Below, one piece after another: positions 28,892-38,631 of a stretch of 64,000 bases of DNA. The notes under the pieces are model-generated. The model ran no database searches, was not told the origin of the DNA, and saw nothing but the letters and a program-made list of their open reading frames with translations. The translations under genes were made by a program, and so were the position numbers. This DNA is from a virus (lineage: Duplodnaviria > Caudoviricetes), in IMG/VR virus record IMGVR_UViG_3300009095_000017, positions 247 through 64,246 of that record; one strand, given 5' to 3'. Numbering within the stretch: position 1 is the first letter of the stretch; the number at the start of each line of letters is the position of its first letter.

Positions 28892-31096
28892 TTACGGAGC
28901 GTCCGGAGCAGCACCGCCGCTGGTTTCCAGCTGACCGTCGATGGTGATGGCCAGGCCATCCTTGACCACGTCGGACAGACCGGTCACGCGGATGCGACCC
29001 AGGATCGGCAGGTGTACCACGTGACGGGAGCGCGGCTGAACCATCGCTTCGTTGTAGTGGCTGTTGTTGCGGCTCATCGGCAGCTTGGAGATCAGCTCCG
29101 GCATCCACAGGTGGCTACCGAAGTTGAGCGGGTCCAGGCCCTCGCCTTCACGGATGAAGGTGAAGTAGATGTCGCCGTACACGCGCTGGTCTTGAGTGAC
29201 AACCTTGGTGAACTCCAGGCCGTCGGACAGGGTACGGGTGTCACCCGGAACCACGATGTAGCGGTTCAGGATGGAGTCGGTACCGATGATCAGCTTGAAC
29301 TTCTCACCGGTGTAACCGGTGTAGGCGTCCAGCACGGCTTGCAGGTTGGTGTCGCGAATCGCTTCGTAGGACAGGGTACGCAGCACGTTGACCAGAGCAG
29401 CCTGCACATCGGCGATGCGCTCGGAGCTGGTCAGCGAGTTCACCACGTCCGGCAGGTGCAGGTCGTAGTGACGGAACCACGGACGAACCAGGAAGCGAGC
29501 AATGCCTTCGATCTGCGGAACGAGGGATTCTTCGCTGTTGCTCGGGGTGTTGATGAACTGGCTGAGGGTTTCAGCGTAGTTGATCAGCTTGGTCACAGCG
29601 TTGTTGCTGTTGATGATGCGCGAAGCAGTGATCAGAGCGTTCAGCTCGCCACCGTCGCTTTGCTCACCGTGCGGAGTCGGAACGGTCAGCGGGGCGCCGA
29701 TCGGTACCGGGTAGCGTTCGGTGTAGGTGTTCAGGTCCAGTTGCAGGCCGCGTTCACGCTTGTTGCTGTTGGTCAGTCGAGCGTTGGCTTCGTAGCCAAT
29801 GACGGACAGGCCGGCCAGACCGTCGACGATGGTCTTGCCAGTACCGGTGGTCAGGTCCAGCTTCTCGCCAGCGGCGTTGAAGATGGAAGCGACTTCAACC
29901 GGGGTGCCGTGCACTTGGATGTTGCCCAGTTCGACGTCGACGTCACCGGTCAGGGAGAAGCCGATGTTGACGACCAGCTTGTTGGCGATGATTTCGGCCA
30001 GGGCAGCTTGTTGCGGAGCGGAACCGTCAGCCAGCTTGGTGGCTTCGTTCAGTTGCAGACTACGGGTAACGTAGTGCAGCACCATCTCGCGGTTGCGACC
30101 TTCCGGACCCTTCACGAAGAAGGTGCGCGGCAGACCCTTGATGTCGAACTTGACAGCTTCGCCACCGACAGCCATGTAGACGGACTTGATACCGACCATG
30201 CGGTCCAGGGTATCGTGAGCGTCGTGCACGCCGTTCTTGGCGATCTTGCTCGGCTGGGACAGACCGATCAGGTCGAGGCGCTTGCCAACCTTCAGCGGAG
30301 CGGTACGAACGCGACGGTTCGGCAGTTCCAGGTCACGCGGTGCAACCACGGAAGCAGCCACGAACGCATCGGCGTTGGAACCGTCGACCAGAACTTCCGG
30401 CACCAGGGTGGTGCTTTCGTCGGCCAGGATCTTGTGGTCGATGCAGGCTTCGAGCAGGCGGCGCTTGCCGGCGTCGACCGGGGTGCCGTCGGTGCCATGG
30501 ATGAAGTGGTTGAAGACCAGCAGGTTGCGGATCGACAGGTCGACACCACCGTTGTCCGGGGTGATGACCACGGTACGGAAGAAGCCTTCGCCGAACTCGT
30601 CCTGCTTGGAAGCTTGGATGTTGTACACGATGGAGTGGCCGATGAAATCGGACAGGTTCGAGTTGTCGAACGCTTCCATCGCGGGGTGTGCGCGGTCCAT
30701 GTAACCGTAGTTACCGGCCGGGCCGCCAGCGTCGACGCCAACGACGGCGATGCCTTCCTGGGAGACGCTCTGGCTGGTGATAGCGGCACGGGCGTAAGTC
30801 GCCGGGTCCTGCGCAGCCATGGCGGCGATCACGCCAGCGGTGATCTGGGTGGAGTCGGCCTTGATGCCCTCGTCACGCAGCATGTTTTCCAGCTGACTGA
30901 AGTGACTTTCCATGCTGAGTTGCAGGTTCTGCTGCGCGTCAGGTTGCAGGCTTTCGAACGAAGCGATGTTCTGGGCATCGGTGCGGGTAGCGAAACCGTT
31001 GCCTTTCTGACGGATGTCGCTGTTCAGCGACATGGCGACCGAGGCCAGCTTGGCTTGGTCGTTTTTCTGGTTGGAGCCCAGTTGGATGGTGGACAT
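28892..31096 (-). CDS. Major capsid protein (phiKZ gp120-like)
   Basis: 734 aa with strong high-expression codon bias; QDEFGEGFFRTVV motif; AMEAF/SFES maturation sites; adjacent to DnaB as in phiKZ. Confidence 0.85.
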   Translation of the reverse strand: MSTIQLGSNQKNDQAKLASVAMSLNSDIRQKGNGFATRTDAQNIASFESLQPDAQQNLQLSMESHFSQLENMLRDEGIKADSTQITAGVIAAMAAQDPATYARAAITSQSVSQEGIAVVGVDAGGPAGNYGYMDRAHPAMEAFDNSNLSDFIGHSIVYNIQASKQDEFGEGFFRTVVITPDNGGVDLSIRNLLVFNHFIHGTDGTPVDAGKRRLLEACIDHKILADESTTLVPEVLVDGSNADAFVAASVVAPRDLELPNRRVRTAPLKVGKRLDLIGLSQPSKIAKNGVHDAHDTLDRMVGIKSVYMAVGGEAVKFDIKGLPRTFFVKGPEGRNREMVLHYVTRSLQLNEATKLADGSAPQQAALAEIIANKLVVNIGFSLTGDVDVELGNIQVHGTPVEVASIFNAAGEKLDLTTGTGKTIVDGLAGLSVIGYEANARLTNSNKRERGLQLDLNTYTERYPVPIGAPLTVPTPHGEQSDGGELNALITASRIINSNNAVTKLINYAETLSQFINTPSNSEESLVPQIEGIARFLVRPWFRHYDLHLPDVVNSLTSSERIADVQAALVNVLRTLSYEAIRDTNLQAVLDAYTGYTGEKFKLIIGTDSILNRYIVVPGDTRTLSDGLEFTKVVTQDQRVYGDIYFTFIREGEGLDPLNFGSHLWMPELISKLPMSRNNSHYNEAMVQPRSRHVVHLPILGRIRVTGLSDVVKDGLAITIDGQLETSGGAAPDAP

Positions 31097-31200
31097 GTTC
31101 AGATTCCCGGTTGATCTACGTTTGGGGTTTCAACGCAATGCGTGGTAAAACCTAACACTGCAAATTTGCATATGATTCGAGTTTACGGAAGTAGTAGTTT

Positions 31201-31719
31201 TTAACTACCACGTCCGACAAGCTTGAGCCATTCGACGAACAGCGGAACGGTGCTCAGCGTTTGCAGCGGCACTGTTGCGTTCAATTGTTCCAGAAGATCG
31301 TCCATAAGATGATAGAATCCGTCGAACTGTTCGAGGGGTTCATCACTTATAGTAATAACCAGATAATCGTACTGGATTCGATTAACGGTGAATTTGGCGC
31401 CAGCCAGCCCCCTGTCTGCACATTGTGCAGTGGAGCCATATAGATAGAAGCGGATTTTCTGTGCTTCGCTCATTCCCTCTAGGTCATACTCCATTTCTGC
31501 CGGCAAGCAGCCGGTTACCGGCAGACCCGATTGGAAGGAGTTGACCAGCGCCGGCGGGAGGAAATTGCTGAGCCGAGTGTTCACGGCACAGTACAATTCT
31601 AAGTCGCTGGGCGATATTATGCGACTGAGAGATTTCAGATCCACTGCCTTGTCAAGTCCCACATTGGCAGACTTCAAGGCAGTGGACAGCCACTTGGGCA
31701 CAAAGACCAATTTAAGCAC
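31201..31719 (-). CDS. Conserved hypothetical protein (between DnaB and capsid)
   Basis: 172-aa ORF in the phiKZ gp119 syntenic position. Confidence 0.55.
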   Translation of the reverse strand: MLKLVFVPKWLSTALKSANVGLDKAVDLKSLSRIISPSDLELYCAVNTRLSNFLPPALVNSFQSGLPVTGCLPAEMEYDLEGMSEAQKIRFYLYGSTAQCADRGLAGAKFTVNRIQYDYLVITISDEPLEQFDGFYHLMDDLLEQLNATVPLQTLSTVPLFVEWLKLVGRGS

Positions 31720-31764
31720 GTTTGCTTACCTCATTTTGATATTTTGACGTTTGGCGAGAAGTCC

Positions 31765-33309
31765 ATGGACATCAAATTAATGCTGGTTAAATCGATCACC
31801 TTGCTGTTCCACGAGAGCTACCTCGAAGGAAACAAGGCGGACTCGAAGCCCATCATCAAGCAAGCACTGGAATACGTTAAAATGCCCGAGAGCCCCGCAG
31901 GCTCCGGGATAGAACGCAACGCACTCGTGCTTTTGCGAGTCACCCTACTATGGATGATCTCGAATAACGACTCACAACCATATGACCGCGATGACCTGCT
32001 ACAACGCATCAAGGTCAACTGCGCAGATGACGAGAAACTGTACGAGGCGTTCCTTGACGGTCTGATCATCATTGCCGACCCGGAACTGCTGCGCCGCAAA
32101 GTCAATGGCGCCCGTCGGGCACTGCAAGGTTTTATTTCACGAGAGAAAGCCAAGGACATCCTTCGCAAGGCATCGCACCAAGCAGCCTTTAAAGGTGAGG
32201 AGATCGAGGACTGGAGCAGCTTCCTCGCCAAGACCACACAGGAACTGAACAAGATCGACATGGGTGGGGATATTAAGGTCGACCCGGCCTTTACCAGCTC
32301 TATCGACTTCAGCAATGAGAACTCGGTACTGGACGCCTTCCAAGAAATGGAAGACTCCCTGTCCGATGACGGGATCGTCGCCTTTCCCTTCAAGGGACTG
32401 AACCGCATGATGGGCGAGCAGGCAGGGGGTCGTCGGGGCGAGCTGGCTCTATTCCCTGCCCTGCCACACAACTACAAGTCCGGTATCCTCATGGATATCT
32501 TCCTTGGGGCTTGTCTGTTCAATAACCCGTACCTTTTTGACAAGACCAAGAAGCCCACGATCGTCTTCTACTCTACCGAAGACGACGTTCCGGTTATCAT
32601 CAAGAAGATCTACGTGTTGCTGAAACAGATCGAGACTGGTCTGCCGATCAACACCAAGCGCTTGAACATGCAGGAAGCCACCAAGTACGTCATGGAACGG
32701 CTGACGGCACGCGGCTGGCACGTGCACCTATTCAAGGTCCGTCCCAGCTTGATGACTTACCGGAAGCTGTTTGCGCACTTGGATGAATTCAAAGCCAATG
32801 GGCACGAGGTGGCGATTGTGGTGTGTGACTACTTGGGGATGTTCAGTAAGGAAGGATGTAACCAAGGTAGTACGGGCGATGACGTACAGGACCTGTATCG
32901 CCGGGTTCGCGAGTACACCAACTCGGAGAAGATCTTCTTCGCTACCGCGCACCAGCTATCCACGGAAGCCAAGTCTCACTCACGGATGAAGCCAGATGAC
33001 TGGCTACTCGATATGCCGGGTAAAGGTTACTACGAAGGTTGTAAGAAGATCGACACTGAGGTGGACTTTGAGTGCTACGTCAATAAGCGGGTAGTGGCCA
33101 ACGGGACCTTCTTGGAATTCTTGTGGGGCAAACACCGTAAGGTCGGAGCCACTCCGCAAAAGTACAAGTACTTCTGCATGAAGTTCAACGAGGAGCCCAT
33201 GTACGGTCTGCCGTATGACGTGGCCATGGAAGAGGACCTGAGTTACACCGTGGTCGGTGGCAAACGTGCCAGTGACGGTGGCGGTAAAGAATGGTTTGAT
33301 ATCAATTAA
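31765..33309 (+). CDS. dnaB: DnaB-like replicative helicase (phiKZ gp118-like)
   Basis: RRGELALFPALPHNYKSG (variant Walker A), VVCDYL (Walker B), ATAHQL, KIDTEVD. Confidence 0.85.
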   Translation: MDIKLMLVKSITLLFHESYLEGNKADSKPIIKQALEYVKMPESPAGSGIERNALVLLRVTLLWMISNNDSQPYDRDDLLQRIKVNCADDEKLYEAFLDGLIIIADPELLRRKVNGARRALQGFISREKAKDILRKASHQAAFKGEEIEDWSSFLAKTTQELNKIDMGGDIKVDPAFTSSIDFSNENSVLDAFQEMEDSLSDDGIVAFPFKGLNRMMGEQAGGRRGELALFPALPHNYKSGILMDIFLGACLFNNPYLFDKTKKPTIVFYSTEDDVPVIIKKIYVLLKQIETGLPINTKRLNMQEATKYVMERLTARGWHVHLFKVRPSLMTYRKLFAHLDEFKANGHEVAIVVCDYLGMFSKEGCNQGSTGDDVQDLYRRVREYTNSEKIFFATAHQLSTEAKSHSRMKPDDWLLDMPGKGYYEGCKKIDTEVDFECYVNKRVVANGTFLEFLWGKHRKVGATPQKYKYFCMKFNEEPMYGLPYDVAMEEDLSYTVVGGKRASDGGGKEWFDIN

Positions 33310-33323
33310 ACCAAAAAAGAAAA

Positions 33324-33355
33324 CATAGGGAGGGAGCCGAAGCTCCCTCCCTATG
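33324..33355. terminator. Terminator between convergent genes
   Basis: 14-bp stem; cUUCGg loop and U-tract on the minus strand. Confidence 0.8.
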
Positions 33356-33362
33356 CCGCTGC

Positions 33363-33596
33363 TTACGACTTCATCAAGTCGTCGAGCAGCTTTTTCTTCT
33401 TTTGGTATTGCTCGTGTTTTTCGAGCACGCGATTAGCGCGACCTTCAAAGTCGCGGGCGTGCGAGTACACGCCCAGAGCGGCTGCGGCGCAGCCGATCGA
33501 GATTGCTCCGAGTTTGATTACTTCCCACATTTCATTCACCCTTTTTACGCGAGTTGATCTTGGCTTCTTCAACGAGACGCTCATTTTCGGCCCCAC
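33363..33596 (-). CDS. Small membrane protein
   Basis: Hydrophobic VIKLGAISIGCAAAALGVY segment. Confidence 0.45.
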   Translation of the reverse strand: MGPKMSVSLKKPRSTRVKRVNEMWEVIKLGAISIGCAAAALGVYSHARDFEGRANRVLEKHEQYQKKKKLLDDLMKS

Positions 33597-33676
33597 GGCG
33601 ACCGATGATTACGCCGAGAGTCAGACCAACGGCCAGGAATGCGAGTTCTTTCATGATCAATTTCCTCTTCAGTTAG

Positions 33677-33871
33677 TTAAGCGATTTTCGCTCGGTTGAA
33701 AATGTTCCGCCGCTTCGGCGAGCGGTTCAAATCGAACAGACGCTCGTCTACCTTTTTAGTTGCTTCATCGATGTCCGTTTCGACATCGGTCATCTTGTTT
33801 TCGAGGTAAGCCCCGAAAAGAACGCCGCCGACGATTCCGCCGACGATGGAAATGATGGTACTGGTATTCAT
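33677..33871 (-). CDS. Small membrane-anchored protein
   Basis: N-terminal IISIVGGIVGGVLFGAYL segment. Confidence 0.55.
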   Translation of the reverse strand: MNTSTIISIVGGIVGGVLFGAYLENKMTDVETDIDEATKKVDERLFDLNRSPKRRNIFNRAKIA

Positions 33872-33924
33872 GGTAAGCCCTCTAATGGTTAACAGTAGAA
33901 GCCTTTCTGCTTCTGGTCACAACA

Positions 33925-33938
33925 ACAATGTAGGTTTG
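33925..33938 (-). promoter_or_regulatory. Putative phage promoter motif
   Basis: Minus strand caaacctacattgt; near-identical context at 62117. Confidence 0.6.
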
Positions 33939-33980
33939 AAAAAAAATGGAATCGAGTGGGGGCCGAAGCCCCCACCGATA

Positions 33981-34895
33981 TCAGCTCAGGTAGCGGAGCA
34001 TCTCCTCAACCGAGGAGAGTTCCACCACCCCTTTGACGCGGTCAGATGCGTACCAGAAGCCCACGGTATCGTCCGTGTAATCCGTACGAATCATGGCCGA
34101 TACGCCGGCGTCGATCTTGCTGACGACAACGCTGATGGTCGAATCATCATCGCCCACTTGCCCGGCGGTGAAGATACCCTGATCCGGAATCTCGGCCAGG
34201 TTGACCAGACCCTCTTCGGTGTCCACTACCTGTACCGGCAGATGACCCTTGGCACTCCCAGCCAGCTCAGCGAAGATTGCCGCCATACGCTGGGTTTCCG
34301 AGAGGTTCCGCGACGTCTGCGGATTGAACCCTTCGAAGCCAGGGAAGTTGACACTGCCCTTACCAGACGCCACCTTCAGGGACGGTACCTTAGTACCTTT
34401 GGGCGTATTAAACGCTTCCGGAATGTGACCTGTGGCGCGGGTTTCCTGGCGGACGATACCGCGAAAGGGATCGGCCGGCTGTTCCGGGACGCCCCCTTGG
34501 TTATCAGCCAAGAACTCCTTGACCTCGGAGTGGATCGTACCCATCTGGCCGTTGACCATCATGCGCACAGAAGCCAAGGTATCACGCCACGGCGTATCGG
34601 GGTTGTTCAACAGCGCGTCGATTTCGATTTCCCGGTACTCCGTTTCGAATTGCTTGCGCTCTTGGAACTCCAAGTCCGCCTGAGCGTTCTTGGCTACCAG
34701 GGCTTCGACTCGGGTCATGGTGGCTTCGTTCTCAGCAATACCGGCGCTGAGTTCGTTCAACAGCAGCGCTTCCTCTTCTTTCGTGAGGTACTCGCTGCTT
34801 TTCTCCTCTTTCTTATCGTCATCGTCAAAGAACTTGGTGAAGGCGAATGCGCCAGCAGCCAGGGCACCGAGCAGGATAAAGGGATTAAAGGACAT
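33981..34895 (-). CDS. Membrane-anchored hypothetical protein
   Basis: N-terminal hydrophobic anchor followed by a coiled coil. Confidence 0.6.
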   Translation of the reverse strand: MSFNPFILLGALAAGAFAFTKFFDDDDKKEEKSSEYLTKEEEALLLNELSAGIAENEATMTRVEALVAKNAQADLEFQERKQFETEYREIEIDALLNNPDTPWRDTLASVRMMVNGQMGTIHSEVKEFLADNQGGVPEQPADPFRGIVRQETRATGHIPEAFNTPKGTKVPSLKVASGKGSVNFPGFEGFNPQTSRNLSETQRMAAIFAELAGSAKGHLPVQVVDTEEGLVNLAEIPDQGIFTAGQVGDDDSTISVVVSKIDAGVSAMIRTDYTDDTVGFWYASDRVKGVVELSSVEEMLRYLS

Positions 34896-34981
34896 GTTTC
34901 AACTCCTAGAACAAATGGGATTGGGTTGGTGTAACATCGATTGAATGATGTAGATCTGAATTCTTTTCGAACCGACAACGG

Positions 34982-35024
34982 CATAGAGGCAGGAGAGTGT
35001 TTTGAGCACTCTCCTGCCTCTATG
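34982..35024. terminator. Intergenic hairpin (18-bp stem)
   Basis: catagaggcaggagagtg-loop-cactctcctgcctctatg. Confidence 0.8.
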
Positions 35025-35033
35025 TACAGCGGA

Positions 35034-35549
35034 CTAAAGCAACTTCATTGGAACTTCCTGGGCGGGTTCGTCGAGACGGCGATAGCATCCTCTTCGACGC
35101 ATGGGGGTCTTTTGCCATATGGAGGGTGGCGTGATGTGCATATTGACCAATTCCCATTTCTCCGAAGGTAGCTGGGGGAAATGGGTGTCGGCACACATGC
35201 TCTCCTCGGGCTCTACGTCGTTTAGATGAACGCAGTCTGCAACGGCGAGGGCCAGTGCATTGAACATACGCGAGAAGCCCACCATGACCGCGTCGGTATT
35301 CCCCGACTGACGGTGCAACTGGACTGCTTCACGCATGGTCGACACCGCCTCATCGGCTACCATGTGCTCACTGGTGGTGGTTCCCACTACGATAACGTAG
35401 CGGCCTGGTAGACGATTACCAAAGAACAGCGCAGCGCACGATTCGATGATGACCGTTTGTCCCTCCGACAAACTGAGGAACTCGTGGAAATCAATTTCCC
35501 GGACCACTTTCCGTTGTGAATTGACGGTAGCTAATAGGTGAATTGCCAT
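35034..35549 (-). CDS. Dihydrofolate reductase-fold protein, divergent (possibly inactive)
   Basis: RLPGRYVIVVG resembles PLPGRKNIILS; AD.VHL..V...ADTHFP...WELV resembles the DHFR C-terminus. Confidence 0.6.
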   Translation of the reverse strand: MAIHLLATVNSQRKVVREIDFHEFLSLSEGQTVIIESCAALFFGNRLPGRYVIVVGTTTSEHMVADEAVSTMREAVQLHRQSGNTDAVMVGFSRMFNALALAVADCVHLNDVEPEESMCADTHFPQLPSEKWELVNMHITPPSIWQKTPMRRRGCYRRLDEPAQEVPMKLL

Positions 35550-35559
35550 GGAGTGCTTC

Positions 35560-35778
35560 TTATTGTACAGCGTAAGCGGTAAGGTGATCGACAGGAGTTC
35601 GATCTTGTTCTTGGGCGGCGAGTATGAACAGAGGGGGCGTATTCGGTGTAACCGGCGGACCGAGGCGTTGTGCAACTTCCTGGGAGCCTTTATACAACTC
35701 GAAAGATAACGCTCCGCACAGAATTAACTGACTAAGAATCAGCCCTTTCATTGCGGTGGTTGACATAAACGATCTCAT
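35560..35778 (-). CDS. Small hypothetical protein
   Basis: 72-aa ORF ending just upstream of the DHFR-like gene. Confidence 0.4.
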   Translation of the reverse strand: MRSFMSTTAMKGLILSQLILCGALSFELYKGSQEVAQRLGPPVTPNTPPLFILAAQEQDRTPVDHLTAYAVQ

Positions 35779-35925
35779 CCAAGTCTTGCCAACCTAGCCG
35801 TAACCAGATTGGGTTAGTGGGTGGGTGGTTGTTTGTCCGGTATGGGGGCCGGCTCATACAGTTGGCAAAAATAGAGATCGATTGTGAAGCGGCATAGCGG
35901 GAGGGACCGAAGTCCCTCCCTGTGG

Positions 35926-36519
35926 TTAGACCTTGGCGTGGGTCAGACCGGTTTGACCTTGGTACTTCCCGCCGCGATCGGCGTAGCTGACTTCACAGGT
36001 CGAGTCGGCCTTGAAGAACATGAACTGGCAGATACCTACACCCAGATACAGCTTGTTGGGCAGATTGGTCATGTTGGCCACTTCGATCACCACGTGACCG
36101 TGCCATTCCGGTTCGAGCGGGGTCACGGTGACGTTCAGACCGGCGCGAGCAAAGGTCGACTTACCCACACACATGACCATCAGGTCACGCGGGATGCGGA
36201 AGTATTCACGGGTGCGCCCCAGTACGAAACTGTTCGGGGGCATGATGACATACTTGAGGCCATCTTCATCGGTGCGTACATCCAAGCGGACATAGCACTT
36301 CTCGTCGATCTTGCGAGCGTCGACGATGCCACCGTTGATGTCGGTGAACAGGTCGATCTCATCAGCCAAGGTCGCGTCATACCCGTAGCTGGAGACGCCG
36401 AAGGACGGTACGCGATGTCCATTGACGTGCTTGATGGACTCTGCATGGAAGGGAGCGATCATCGCCGTTTCCGGTTGCAGACAGCGGGTGGTAATTTGTA
36501 CATCGGAAAGGATTGACAT
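35926..36519 (-). CDS. dcd: dCTP deaminase
   Basis: MSILSD...SFGVSSYGYDATL...GKSTFARAG...TPLEPEWHG...KYQGQTG. Confidence 0.92.
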   Translation of the reverse strand: MSILSDVQITTRCLQPETAMIAPFHAESIKHVNGHRVPSFGVSSYGYDATLADEIDLFTDINGGIVDARKIDEKCYVRLDVRTDEDGLKYVIMPPNSFVLGRTREYFRIPRDLMVMCVGKSTFARAGLNVTVTPLEPEWHGHVVIEVANMTNLPNKLYLGVGICQFMFFKADSTCEVSYADRGGKYQGQTGLTHAKV

Positions 36520-36580
36520 CAGGTAATACCTTGAGTTATTGGAGCAGCAGCTACATACCAGATGAAAAGGTTGGTAAACC

Positions 36581-36988
36581 TTAACTAGCCGTTGCTTTCT
36601 TCAGGAGTTTGAGTCGTGCCTTCATCGAGAGGTTAATACGCCCTGCGCGCCAGCCGGGCTTATAGAACTCGGCGAGACGGGTCACTTCATCAAAGAAGTG
36701 ATCTTGTTGCGCAGCCATGAAATCCGTGACTACTTCATCCAGCACCTTGACGATCAGTACGATCGGCTCGCTTCCCTTACGGTGCATACGGACGGTGGCT
36801 ACCTTGCCCTTTACACTGACGCCTTCTTCAAAGAAGATGCCCCAGTTGTTTTTCATACAAGCCTTGAACAAATCCTCCTTGGCTACAAACGTCGGCAGAC
36901 TGTCCTTGTCAGTCAGTTGCGGGAAGCGTTTCAGGTCGGAGGGTTTGATAACAGTGTTCTTGGCGGTCATGGTAAAACAAAGCTCCAT
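36581..36988 (-). CDS. Hypothetical protein
   Basis: 135-aa ORF with phage codon usage. Confidence 0.55.
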   Translation of the reverse strand: MELCFTMTAKNTVIKPSDLKRFPQLTDKDSLPTFVAKEDLFKACMKNNWGIFFEEGVSVKGKVATVRMHRKGSEPIVLIVKVLDEVVTDFMAAQQDHFFDEVTRLAEFYKPGWRAGRINLSMKARLKLLKKATAS

Positions 36989-37181
36989 GTTTATTAGTAT
37001 TTTGGGTAAAGGGAATAAAGCAGATTACCGGTTCCCTAGTACTCAGTTGGCACTAGGGAACCGGCTAGGGCGATGTTTAATCGCCGGCATTAACTGCCAT
37101 AACGGGCATCTAACCCGTCTAGTCATTCGAGTTGCCGTTGCAGTACCATCGGGAATATCGGTTGAAGTCAGGTACGCAGCT

Positions 37182-37364
37182 CTATGACAGACGACCCCCC
37201 ATAGGTCGCGTCAATTGACCACTGTACCTGAGTGCCGGGTCCCGCAGTTTACTTTCCGTGAGTACTCGACGTGGAAGCCGTTGGACATTCCGCCCGACCG
37301 GTAAGCCTTCCAGTAAACCTGCGATCATGGACCACAGCAGATCAAGCATGATCAGCAGTGGCAA
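37182..37364 (-). CDS. Small hypothetical protein
   Basis: gaggag RBS upstream of a TTG start; hydrophobic N-terminus. Confidence 0.35.
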   Translation of the reverse strand: MPLLIMLDLLWSMIAGLLEGLPVGRNVQRLPRRVLTESKLRDPALRYSGQLTRPMGGRLS

Positions 37365-37456
37365 AGCAATTGCTCCTCGTTAAGGCTTGGGGCAGAATGC
37401 CCCAAGTAAGTGTTGTTCACCGTCGCCTTTATTGCACTTCATCTCTGCGACGCGTG

Positions 37457-37750
37457 CTAACCGCAGTCCTTCACTGCGTGCGGGTGCGTTAGAGCAGAGA
37501 CCAAAAGCAAATGGGCACGTTGTTCCGTTTCCGTCCACCATAGCCGAGGAGCGAGGACTGGAGCCTCGTATTCCCTCTCTATGGTGACGAACATTTCAGG
37601 TCTACCCCACAGCGGGCACTTATAGTCCTGAATGACAACCATCATCTCAGATGGCACTTTGTCGAACAACGGTTCCCCAGTCGCTTTGGCTGGAGTGAAC
37701 AATAAGGCGAACGATAAGGAGCTGCCAAAGATGGCAATAATCCTAGTCAT
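37457..37750 (-). CDS. Secreted/periplasmic hypothetical protein
   Basis: Signal-peptide-like N-terminus. Confidence 0.45.
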   Translation of the reverse strand: MTRIIAIFGSSLSFALLFTPAKATGEPLFDKVPSEMMVVIQDYKCPLWGRPEMFVTIEREYEAPVLAPRLWWTETEQRAHLLLVSALTHPHAVKDCG

Positions 37751-37847
37751 TTCAATCCCTTACTGCATGGTGTCTCATCAGATTGCCATTGTAGGTATTT
37801 ATTTACGAAACGGCATAGAAGGGAGGTTTCCCTCCCCTCTAGTCGTG

Positions 37848-38165
37848 TTAAACACCGAACGCAATCTTGCCCTTGGTGGTGTGTATCACGCCACCTTTAA
37901 ACATGCCATACTCGTCACACCCCCTATCTGTGACGGAATAGCCTTCACTTTTAAGTTGTTCGAAGTTGTAGTAGTCAGGCTGACCTTCCAAGCGTCCACG
38001 TTGGAATGTCAGGTATTCGTTGGCGAGGACTTCGACGCGATCAAGTAACACCGCCAGCACTGGCAGTCCTTTCTCCGCAGCTCCATCCTCATTGATGACC
38101 GCACCTGCATCAATTGGGAAGTCGACTTCTTCGATCTCCCGCAGTACCTCGATCAAGTCTTGCAT
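37848..38165 (-). CDS. Hypothetical protein
   Basis: 105-aa ORF with gagga RBS. Confidence 0.6.
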   Translation of the reverse strand: MQDLIEVLREIEEVDFPIDAGAVINEDGAAEKGLPVLAVLLDRVEVLANEYLTFQRGRLEGQPDYYNFEQLKSEGYSVTDRGCDEYGMFKGGVIHTTKGKIAFGV

Positions 38166-38240
38166 TGCATACGTCCTCTGAAATCGGTTGAGTCATTCCC
38201 CCCGACACAGCTCCCGTGACAATGCGCAACACCGTACCCC

Positions 38241-38543
38241 TTAACTGAGCTTATACAAAATCCCTGTACGCTCGAAATCAAAAGAAATAGATGTCACCGT
38301 CGTGACGAAACACCCAGACTGGTTAAGCCCAGTCACTACATTTGCCGCCAAAGACTGAGGGTTAAACAACCCCATGTCACCCGGTCTGCATAACGCATTC
38401 ACCACTGTGATCTTCTTTTTAACCCCATCCGAGAGCAGGATGTAGCCATCCGAATCACTGTCGCGAATTTTATAAGCCTCAGATTCGACGATCACCCGGA
38501 AACCGGGTAGGACATCTAACTGAGGTGTCATACCGCTCTTCAT
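38241..38543 (-). CDS. Hypothetical protein
   Basis: 100-aa ORF. Confidence 0.45.
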   Translation of the reverse strand: MKSGMTPQLDVLPGFRVIVESEAYKIRDSDSDGYILLSDGVKKKITVVNALCRPGDMGLFNPQSLAANVVTGLNQSGCFVTTVTSISFDFERTGILYKLS

Positions 38544-38631
38544 TTTCTAAGTGACCTTATTCCTTGGAATATACGGACGCTGTATAAGCCGTCCGTATAT
38601 AAAGGTGTACTTCTGTTAAAAAGTACGAGGA

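Noticed and set aside
29012-31114. 700-aa + strand ORF
   Set aside because: Antisense shadow of the codon-biased capsid gene; the translation is nonsense-like.
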